Source: Candidatus Latescibacterota bacterium (GTDB taxonomy: Bacteria; Latescibacterota; UBA2968; UBA8231). From it: 64,000 bases of DNA. A program made the translations under genes and the position numbers. This document shows positions 29,875 to 37,962 of this stretch, in pieces. Below the pieces are notes generated by a model. The model searched no databases. It saw only the letters and a program-made list of their open reading frames with translations, and had not been told where the DNA came from. Location of the stretch: assembly GCA_965261395.1 (NCBI GenBank), contig OZ253462.1, positions 512,001 to 576,000 of the forward strand, read 5' to 3'. How positions within the stretch are numbered: position 1 is the stretch's first letter; the number at the start of each line of letters is the position of its first letter.

Positions 29875-31992
29875 ATGCTCAAGAATACAGTATCCTCGAG
29901 ACAGGTCATTTTAGTTGGGGTTGGTATCCTGTCCCTCTGCCGTTGGGCGGTGGCGCTGGAGACAGTGAGTCTTGGAGGGAACGGCTCGCTCAACTGGCGC
30001 GGTGAAGGTTCGTCCTCGGTGGAGACTATCGAGCCTCAGTACCGATCTCTTTTTCAAGACAAAAATGTGCCGGGTGTGGAACTACTGGTGGGCAACTCGC
30101 CCGGCAACTTGATCGAGTTTGAGAGCGACGAATTTCCTGGTAGTATCCATCCTCTGCGCATTCCAGATGGCGAGAATATCGCCAATACCGCACTTCGACG
30201 CGGGGGTGGTATAACCGCACCCAATGTCTTTGACTTGGGCGGCTTCGCCGCCGGCATTTTTGACGCCAACGACCTACGGCTCACCTTGGAGGAACTCATC
30301 GAAACGAAGGATGGAGGCGAAATAAAAGCGTTCGGACGCAAGAATTACAATGCCTTGGGGACCCTAATATTCGTCGAGTTGGGAGGACTCTTTGGGGTAA
30401 ATCGCGTTCGCTTCTATCCCCGCAATACGGTTTTCCCATCGCCTACCACCCCATTCCACAACGATTTTTTGCGGGCCTTTGAACTGTTCACCAACGACGG
30501 CAGCCAGACCGAAGGAGGCAATCTCATCTGGGAGCCACTGCTCCTAGAACCCGATAACGAGAATCCAGTTGTTGATGTAGTCATGGATCCACCGCGCCCT
30601 GTCAAAGCCCTGCGCTTGCGGGCGACGACCACGGTCAACTACGAAATCGACGAGTTTGAGGTATTCGGTACGGGCTTTTTGTCCAACGCCGAGTATATTT
30701 CACCTATTTTCGATGCGGGCCAACCTGCGGTGTGGAACATACTCCGCTGGCAGGAAGAAGCAATTGGCGATCCTGCCTTTTCCAATATCCAGATTCGCAC
30801 CCGCACAGGTAGGGATACTAACCCACTTGTCTTTACTCGTCTGCTCTACGGCCAGCGCAATCCCACAGAAATTTCGCTCTCGGTAAATAACCCGGAACAG
30901 GAAATGGATTTGGAGGAGTACATGTCCCTGCCGCTCGACGACGAATTGGGGCGCCGATGGGAGCACGGACCGGTTCGGGAAGATCTAGTCAACTGGAGTC
31001 CGTTCAGCACGCCGCTTCCCGCCAGTGCAGCCAACGATTCAGCAGGCTCGCCCATTACCTCACCCGGGCCGCGGCGCTATTTTCAGTTTCGAGTAATTTT
31101 CAACAGCAGTGATCTGGATGCAGGGCGGGTGCTCAAGAACTTGAGTTTTGACGTGCTGGCACCCCCTCTAGCCGATGCTGTCATCGGCGAAATTTTTCCC
31201 CGGGATGTGCCGGTTTCCCAGAGTACGTCCTTCACCTATGCTTTGCGCACCGTGGCTCAGTCCGACGGCCTGCTCGGTTTTGACACAGTGAAGATTTCCA
31301 CAGTCGGCCAAGTAGAAAGCATCGACAGGATAGAAATGAGGGATTCCAGCGGCCAGATCATCGCTGAGCGGGCTTTTTCTGGTCTAGATGATTCGTCTAC
31401 TGAGGAGGGCTTCCAGATCGTCTCGGTATCCCCTGCCAGTTTTTCGGTGCGTCTGCCGCCGGTGCGAGAAGACAATATTGTGGTTCTTCTCCGCTTCCAG
31501 ACCGGAGTTTTGACCTATAGCACAAACTTCACTGGTTCGATCCAGCTCTCCACCGAACCAGGGGCCTCACAGGCCATTATTCCGGGCGATGCAGTTTTGT
31601 TGGGTGAAGGAGACGAGGCCGATTTATCCGGTACCACGGTGCTGAGTCCCTTGGTGCTCGAAAAGACCCAACTGCTCGACCAGGTACTTATCGAGCCCAA
31701 CATCTTTAGCCCCAACGGAGACGGAGCTAATGATGTGATGGGGATGAGCTACAATCTGCTATCCCTGAGTATCGTCCGACCCGTGGCAATTGGGGTGTAC
31801 GATTTAAGCGGACGCCAGATCCAGGTCATCCACGACGGCCCTGAGTCCAATGGACAGTACACGGACAAGACCTGGGACGGCCGCAATGAGCATGGGCAGC
31901 TAGTGCCGGCGGGACTCTATGTCGTGCACATCAAAGTCGAGGGAGACGCCAAGGTCGAGAGAAAGGCCCACCTTGTGGGAGTGGTCTACTAA
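29875..31992 (+). CDS. Secreted protein with FSPNGDG FlgD/T9SS-B-like C-terminal domain
   Basis: Signal peptide; VNRVRFYPR, IRTRTG, SPGPRRYFQ, GEIFP motifs shared with neighbours; ends VGVVY. Confidence 0.85.
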   Translation: MLKNTVSSRQVILVGVGILSLCRWAVALETVSLGGNGSLNWRGEGSSSVETIEPQYRSLFQDKNVPGVELLVGNSPGNLIEFESDEFPGSIHPLRIPDGENIANTALRRGGGITAPNVFDLGGFAAGIFDANDLRLTLEELIETKDGGEIKAFGRKNYNALGTLIFVELGGLFGVNRVRFYPRNTVFPSPTTPFHNDFLRAFELFTNDGSQTEGGNLIWEPLLLEPDNENPVVDVVMDPPRPVKALRLRATTTVNYEIDEFEVFGTGFLSNAEYISPIFDAGQPAVWNILRWQEEAIGDPAFSNIQIRTRTGRDTNPLVFTRLLYGQRNPTEISLSVNNPEQEMDLEEYMSLPLDDELGRRWEHGPVREDLVNWSPFSTPLPASAANDSAGSPITSPGPRRYFQFRVIFNSSDLDAGRVLKNLSFDVLAPPLADAVIGEIFPRDVPVSQSTSFTYALRTVAQSDGLLGFDTVKISTVGQVESIDRIEMRDSSGQIIAERAFSGLDDSSTEEGFQIVSVSPASFSVRLPPVREDNIVVLLRFQTGVLTYSTNFTGSIQLSTEPGASQAIIPGDAVLLGEGDEADLSGTTVLSPLVLEKTQLLDQVLIEPNIFSPNGDGANDVMGMSYNLLSLSIVRPVAIGVYDLSGRQIQVIHDGPESNGQYTDKTWDGRNEHGQLVPAGLYVVHIKVEGDAKVERKAHLVGVVY

Positions 31993-32085
31993 TCGATCCG
32001 CAACCAAGACAGCCCAATATCCTGTTGGTCATCGTCGGTCTCATTGCCTTTTAGTCATCTACTCCGAACCAGCAGGGAGGGAGTT

Positions 32086-34239
32086 ATGGCAGGCATAGTG
32101 TTGCTGTGTTTTTGCAACGTCTTGCTCGGTGCTGTGCCCGTGCTGGGAGGAACGGAATACCGCTTAGGCGGGATTGATGGTAATTCTTGGCAGGCCATCC
32201 TAGCCGGGGAAAGCGCCTACCAAGCCTTTGCTGCTGATGGCCAAGTTGAGCGCCAAGTATCGGTAGGGGTTTCGCCCTTTGGGGCGGGGGCCGATACCTT
32301 GATCGACTTTTCTGGTACCTCGATCCAACCTCGGCTCATTGACCCCGGCGTCAATATCGCCCGGGCCGATGTCGACGCCGGCCGGACCACCATCCCCTTG
32401 CCGTATATCCCCGGCTCCAGAGTCCTCAACAACAATGGTTGCTGGTCCTGGGGCAATTTTCAACCTTCGATCAAGCTAATGCTGGACGGTGATCCGACCA
32501 CGGCCGCCTTCCGCACCTTTGTCCAAAAGGTCGGGTCGCCACCGGGCGTGGGCTATACTTGGCGCTCGTCGGTGGTATTCGATTTTGGTGCTGGTGTGCC
32601 CATCAACCGCATTCGCTTCTATCCCCGCCTGAGCCGGAGGGAAGACCGCCCGTTAATCGAGAGCATGGAGGTGCCCACGCCGGAGGCGGAGACCTTTGGC
32701 GAAGACAGCTTCTTGGCCAACTTCCTCGCTTGGTATGAGATCCGCTCTGGTGATAACTCCATCGTCTTTGGCAATGACCCCTGTAGCGGCGACGGCTATA
32801 GCGGCGCCGGCAGCCGCAACGGCAGTGTAGCGACGAGCAAACGGCGCACGGTCTTGGGCGACTTGCGGTGGGTGCGGAGCGGCGATCCACTGCTGACGGT
32901 GCTGGAATCCACCCACGAAAACCTCGACCCCGTCGTCGACCTGCGCTTTCCCACCCAGTCGACCCGCTGGCTCACCCTGCGCGCCTTCCCCCTGCGCGAC
33001 TATGAAATCGCCGAATTCGAAATCTACGGCGACGGCTATGTCCACGAGACCACCTACCTCACCCCCATCCTCGACTTCGGCCAAGCCGTCACCTGGGGCA
33101 AAATACGCTGGGAAGGCGAAGTGCCCGACGGCACCCGCATCGAAATTCGCACCCGCACCGGCCACACCCCTGATCCGCAATTCTACTTCGCGCCCAATAT
33201 CAACGACGACCTCGTATCCATCACCCGCGTCCAATACGACAAGATCGACAAAGCCGCTCAACTGCTGCCCGTCTACGATGCCGACCACTGGAGCTTCTGG
33301 TCGTCGCCCTACGAGTTTGCCGCCGGTCAACGCAATCCCAATCAGCCGGCCAATGCTTGGCACGACGGGATCCTGCTGTTGTCGCCTGGTCCCAGCCGCT
33401 ACATCCAAATCGCCATCAAGCTCTTCGCCAACTTCAATGTGGCACCCCGCCTCGACCAACTCACCTTGCAGTTGAGCGAAACCCTGTCGGCGCAAGCGCT
33501 CGTCGGCGAGATCTGGCCTATCGAAGTCTCCTCTTTTGAACCGACCCCCTTTACCTATGTGGTCTTGCCCACCCTCAGAGACGACAACGCCGGCTTTGAC
33601 CGCTTGGAAATCCTCACCCACGTCCGGGCACACGCCGTGCGCTCGGTGCGCATCGATGGCCAGCCGGTGGACTTAGATCAGTTCGTCCCGCAATTACTCG
33701 ACGATCGCCTCATCGTGTCCTTCCCGCCGCTGACGGGCACCGCTGACAACTTCAAGCAAGTCGAGGTCGACTTCGACGTGCCGGTGCTGCGCTTTGGCAC
33801 CGAGTTCAGCGGCTGGGTCTTCAGCAGCACCGATCCCGATCAGATCCGGCAGCGCATCGATCCGGGCAACGCCACCTTCCGCTTTGCCGGCGACTTGCTG
33901 GCCGTCAACACGCCGGTGGGGGGCGACTTGCTGGTGGATGTGCAGGTGCCCGAGGTGTTCACTCCCAACGGCGACGGGATCAACGAGACCTTGCCTATCA
34001 CCTACAAGCTGCGCGAGGTCACCGCCGACCGACCGATACAGGTGCGCATCTACGACTTGGCCGGTCGGCTGGTGGCACACCTGCCCGTGTTCAAGGCTCG
34101 CAGCGGGGCCTTCATCCAGGAGTGGGATGGCCGCAACGGGCAAGACGCCTTGGTGCAGCCTGGCACCTATATCTACGAATTGACCCTCGACTCCGAAGAG
34201 CAATACACCCAACGCGGCGTCTTTGCCGTCGCCTATTGA
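32086..34239 (+). CDS. Secreted FTPNGDG-domain protein, tandem copy 1
   Basis: GGAGG RBS; signal peptide; LDGDPTT, INRIRFYPR, IRTRTG, SPGPSRY, FTPNGDG; ends FAVAY. Confidence 0.87.
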   Translation: MAGIVLLCFCNVLLGAVPVLGGTEYRLGGIDGNSWQAILAGESAYQAFAADGQVERQVSVGVSPFGAGADTLIDFSGTSIQPRLIDPGVNIARADVDAGRTTIPLPYIPGSRVLNNNGCWSWGNFQPSIKLMLDGDPTTAAFRTFVQKVGSPPGVGYTWRSSVVFDFGAGVPINRIRFYPRLSRREDRPLIESMEVPTPEAETFGEDSFLANFLAWYEIRSGDNSIVFGNDPCSGDGYSGAGSRNGSVATSKRRTVLGDLRWVRSGDPLLTVLESTHENLDPVVDLRFPTQSTRWLTLRAFPLRDYEIAEFEIYGDGYVHETTYLTPILDFGQAVTWGKIRWEGEVPDGTRIEIRTRTGHTPDPQFYFAPNINDDLVSITRVQYDKIDKAAQLLPVYDADHWSFWSSPYEFAAGQRNPNQPANAWHDGILLLSPGPSRYIQIAIKLFANFNVAPRLDQLTLQLSETLSAQALVGEIWPIEVSSFEPTPFTYVVLPTLRDDNAGFDRLEILTHVRAHAVRSVRIDGQPVDLDQFVPQLLDDRLIVSFPPLTGTADNFKQVEVDFDVPVLRFGTEFSGWVFSSTDPDQIRQRIDPGNATFRFAGDLLAVNTPVGGDLLVDVQVPEVFTPNGDGINETLPITYKLREVTADRPIQVRIYDLAGRLVAHLPVFKARSGAFIQEWDGRNGQDALVQPGTYIYELTLDSEEQYTQRGVFAVAY

Positions 34240-34351
34240 AATCAGCAGCATGGAAGAAATTTTGTTTCTTAACGATTAGCTTGGCTTTATACTTAATCTT
34301 CGCAACCTTTGGACTGCACGCTTGTATTGGTGACGCAGCAAGGAGGGAATT

Positions 34352-36517
34352 ATGGCAGGCATAGTGTTGCTGTGTTTTTGCAGCGTCTTGCTGGGTGCTG
34401 CGCCTGTGTCGGGAGGGACGGAATACCGCTTAGGGGGGGCCGATGGCAATCCCTGGCAGGCCATCCTGGCCGGGGAAAGTGCCTACCATATCTTTGCTGC
34501 CGACGGCCAAGTCGAGCGCCAAGTATCGGTGGGGCTCTCGCCCTTCGGCGCGGGGGCCGATACCCTGATCGACTTTTCCGGCACCTCGATTCAGCCTCGG
34601 CTCATTGACCCCGGCGTCAATATCGCCCGGGCCGATGTCGAAGCCGGGAAGACCACCATTCCCCTGCCCTATATCCCTGGCTCCAGGGTCCTCAGTACGG
34701 ATCACTGTATTTTCTGGGGCAATTTTCAACCTTCGATCAAGCTAATGCTGGATGGCGATCCGACCACGGCCACTTTCCGCACCTTTGTCCAGCGGGTCGG
34801 CTCGCCACCGGGGGTGGGCTATACCTGGACCAATTCCGTAGTATTCGATTTTGGTGCTGGTGTGCCGATCAACCGCATCCGCTTCTTCCCCCGCCTGAGC
34901 CGGAGGGAGGATCACCCGTTGATCGAGACTATGGACGTGCCTACGCCGGAGGTGGAAACCTTTGGCGAAGATAGCTTCCTCGACAACTTCCTCGCTTGGT
35001 ACGAGATCCGTACCGGCGGTAACTCGATCGTCTTTGCCCCGGACCCCTGCAGCGGCAGCGGCAGCCTCACCTGCAGCGAGTGTAGAGCGGGGGCTTCCGG
35101 CAGTGTGGCGACGAGCAAACGGCGCACGGTCTTAGGCGACTTGCGGTGGGTGCGCAATAGCGACCCACTGCTGACGGTGCTGGAATCCACCCGCGAAAAC
35201 CTCAACCCCATCGTCGATCTGCGCTTTCCCACTCGCTCGACCCGCTGGCTCACGCTGCGAACCTTCCCTTTGCGCGACTATGAAATCGCCGAATTCGAAA
35301 TCTATGGCGAGGGCTACGTCCACGAGACCACCTACCTCACCCCTATCCTCGACTTCGGCCAAGCCGTCACCTGGGGCAAAATCCGCTGGGAAGGCGAAGT
35401 GCCCGATGGCACCCGCATCGAAATTCGCACCCGCACCGGCCACACCCCTGATCCACTGCTCTATTTCGCGCCCAATATCAACGACGAACTCATACCCATC
35501 ACCCGCGCTCAATACGACAGGATCGACCGAGCCGCTCAACTGCTGCCTATCTACGATGCCGACCACTGGAGCTTCTGGTCGCCGCCCTACGAGTTTGCCG
35601 CCGGACAGCGCAACCCCAACCAATCCGCCAGCGACTGGCAGGACGGAATGCTGCTGCTGTCGCCGGGGCCCAGCCGCTACATCCAACTCGCCATTAAACT
35701 CTTTGCCGACTTCCATGTGGCACCCCACCTCGACCAACTCACCTTGCAGTTGAGCGAGACCCTGTCGGCGCAAGCGCTCGTCGGCGAGATCTGGCCTATC
35801 GAGGTCTCCTCCTTTGAGCCCACTCCCTTTACGTATGTGGTCTTGCCCACCCTCAGCGACGACAACGCCGGCTTTGACCGCTTGGAAATCCTCACCCACG
35901 TCCGGGCACATGCCGTGCGCTCGGTGCGCATCGATGGCCAGCCGGTGGACCTAGACCAGTTCGTCCCCCATCTGCTCGACGATCGCCTCATCGTGTCCTT
36001 CCCGCCGCTGACGGGCACCGCTGACAACTTCAAGCAAGTCGAGGTCGACTTCGACGTGCCGGTGCTGCGCTTTGGCACCGAGTTCAGCGGCTGGGTCTTC
36101 AGCAGCACCGATCCCGACCAGATCCGGCAGCGCATCGATCCGGGCAACGCCACCTTCCGCTTTGCCGGCGACTTGCTGGCCGTCAACACACCGGTGGGCG
36201 GTGATCTGCTGGTGGATGTGCAGGTGCCCGAGGTGTTCACCCCTAATGGCGACGGGATCAACGAGACCTTGCCTATCACCTACAAGCTGCGCGAGGTCAC
36301 CGCCGACCGACCGATACAGGTGCGCATCTACGACTTGGCCGGCCGGCTGGTGGCGCACCTGCCCGTGTTCAAGGCACGCAGCGGGGCCTTCATCCAGGAG
36401 TGGGATGGCCGCAACGGGCAAGACGCCTTGGTGCAGCCTGGCACCTATATCTACGAATTGACCCTCGACTCCGAAGAGCAATACACCCAACGCGGCGTCT
36501 TTGCCGTCGCCTATTGA
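34352..36517 (+). CDS. Secreted FTPNGDG-domain protein, tandem copy 2
   Basis: Near-identical paralog of 32086..34239. Confidence 0.87.
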   Translation: MAGIVLLCFCSVLLGAAPVSGGTEYRLGGADGNPWQAILAGESAYHIFAADGQVERQVSVGLSPFGAGADTLIDFSGTSIQPRLIDPGVNIARADVEAGKTTIPLPYIPGSRVLSTDHCIFWGNFQPSIKLMLDGDPTTATFRTFVQRVGSPPGVGYTWTNSVVFDFGAGVPINRIRFFPRLSRREDHPLIETMDVPTPEVETFGEDSFLDNFLAWYEIRTGGNSIVFAPDPCSGSGSLTCSECRAGASGSVATSKRRTVLGDLRWVRNSDPLLTVLESTRENLNPIVDLRFPTRSTRWLTLRTFPLRDYEIAEFEIYGEGYVHETTYLTPILDFGQAVTWGKIRWEGEVPDGTRIEIRTRTGHTPDPLLYFAPNINDELIPITRAQYDRIDRAAQLLPIYDADHWSFWSPPYEFAAGQRNPNQSASDWQDGMLLLSPGPSRYIQLAIKLFADFHVAPHLDQLTLQLSETLSAQALVGEIWPIEVSSFEPTPFTYVVLPTLSDDNAGFDRLEILTHVRAHAVRSVRIDGQPVDLDQFVPHLLDDRLIVSFPPLTGTADNFKQVEVDFDVPVLRFGTEFSGWVFSSTDPDQIRQRIDPGNATFRFAGDLLAVNTPVGGDLLVDVQVPEVFTPNGDGINETLPITYKLREVTADRPIQVRIYDLAGRLVAHLPVFKARSGAFIQEWDGRNGQDALVQPGTYIYELTLDSEEQYTQRGVFAVAY

Positions 36518-36527
36518 AATCAGCAGC

Positions 36528-36676
36528 ATGGTGCTAGTGGTTTATAAGCTGAAATTAGCGATGGACCTGCCCGAAGGAGAGCGGTCCATCCTAAGCTGAA
36601 GGGGTAGCCCGCGCCTTTAGGCGTGAAAACCTCAGCGTAGAAACTACCTAGACCACGGTCAATTAACTAGCACCAT
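36528..36676. mobile_element. MITE-like element, 149 bp, terminal inverted repeats ATGGTGCTAGT / ACTAGCACCAT
   Basis: Perfect 11-bp IR; internal hairpins; absent from the homologous spacer after copy 1. Confidence 0.5.
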
Positions 36677-36715
36677 TGGCTAGTTAATCTTCGTAACCCT
36701 TGGCTGCAAATTATC

Positions 36716-36744
36716 TTGACAACTTTATCCCTTTAGTATTTAAT
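36716..36744 (+). promoter_or_regulatory. Putative sigma-70 promoter
   Basis: TTGACA-N17-TTTAAT. Confidence 0.55.
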
Positions 36745-36891
36745 TGTGACAACTTTCCACAATTTTCCAGTGGTCCTTTGAAACAGAAAGGAGAAAATTA
36801 GGACAAGGATCGGGCTTGAATGGAGTTTGATAGGGATCCATTCTATCTCCCTGTCTCATCAAGAATCGTCCTACCTCTAACTGAAAGGCTC

Positions 36892-37806
36892 ATGCAAAAG
36901 ATGAAAAGAAAGATAGCCATATTGTGGTGCAGCATTTTTCTCGTCTTTGGGACCATTTCGATGGCAAGCGCACATTTGCCGCCAGGCGAGTTGTTTTTTG
37001 CTGCACAGTTTCCCGATAACCTAGTTCCTACGATAGATGGGGAACACAGTGATTGGGACATACTACCCGATTCGCCGTACTCGATCTTCAACGATCGACT
37101 TTTCGATCCCGCCCAGTTCCAGCAGGCGGCTCGTGGTGAAGTCGATATATCCGATGCCAATATCCGGCACCGGTTTGGCTGGAATGAGAATTCCAATATG
37201 ATTTTCCTTGCCAGCCAAATTTTCGACAATATCCACAATATCGACCGCTCCTTTGGGGATTGTCACTGCCTCGATGACAACTGGGAAATAGAAATCAACC
37301 CAGATCATTCTGCCAGTGAAGAGCAGAACCTCGAAGGGAATCCCGTCAACAACATCAGTTACAAGTGGGTCGTACCACCACTAGATGGGGTTTATCAGTC
37401 GATTGAGCCCATCGGCGATCTAGCTTGGTTGTCGGATGATACCGAATTCGTCGACATGAGCTGGTCTTTCACCGGTGAACAATTCGGCGAATCGACTTAT
37501 TTCTACGAGATCCGTCTCATTCCGATCGATGCCCTTCCTCGGGAAGGTGCTACCCCGGACAATTCGTCTATCCACGACCTGGAAGAGGAAGAAATCATCC
37601 ATATGTCTGTAACCATGGGTGATATCGACGTCGAACAGGCAAACCATGCCTACAATGGCTTCTGGTCTTTGTCGCCGGAGAGCTGCTGTAAGGGCGTTAA
37701 CGACTTCGTAATGGCACCTGTCGAGCCCGCACTAGAAGATCTGTCTGCTGCTACTGCTGTTGAACAGACTAGTTGGGGGCATATCAAGGCCGGTTTCGAC
37801 CGCTAA
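36892..37806 (+). CDS. Secreted acidic DOMON/CBM9-like protein with C-terminal TAVEQTSWGHIK motif
   Basis: Signal peptide (ASA-H); VPTIDG..SDW, FGWNE..IFLA..IFD, YEIRL. Confidence 0.65.
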   Translation: MQKMKRKIAILWCSIFLVFGTISMASAHLPPGELFFAAQFPDNLVPTIDGEHSDWDILPDSPYSIFNDRLFDPAQFQQAARGEVDISDANIRHRFGWNENSNMIFLASQIFDNIHNIDRSFGDCHCLDDNWEIEINPDHSASEEQNLEGNPVNNISYKWVVPPLDGVYQSIEPIGDLAWLSDDTEFVDMSWSFTGEQFGESTYFYEIRLIPIDALPREGATPDNSSIHDLEEEEIIHMSVTMGDIDVEQANHAYNGFWSLSPESCCKGVNDFVMAPVEPALEDLSAATAVEQTSWGHIKAGFDR

Positions 37807-37962
37807 GAGTCTCGGTTTAGCCGTTACAAAGTCTCCTGGGCAGGCTGCCCGGGTTTCACTAAGCTCCTGTTTCGCGCCATTTACGGGTGGGAAACAGGAG
37901 CTTTTTTATGCGTCAACCCACCCACGCTATCTATTGTCTATAATTGATTCACTCTTGGCGTA

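Larger units (their letters stand above)
32071..36530 (+). repeat. Tandem gene duplication (about 2.27 kb offset)
   Basis: 32071-34252 aligns with 34337-36530, including the RBS and the 3' flank TGAAATCAGCAGCATGG. Confidence 0.95.

Noticed and set aside
32086-36517. DGR template/variable repeat pair
   Set aside because: Both copies are full genes, the differences are not adenine-specific and no reverse transcriptase is present in the window.
36560-36650. Glycine, TPP or T-box riboswitch-like words (GGAGAG, CTGAAGG, CTCAG)
   Set aside because: Motif order and pairing do not fit these aptamers, and the element lies upstream of the predicted promoter rather than in a leader.
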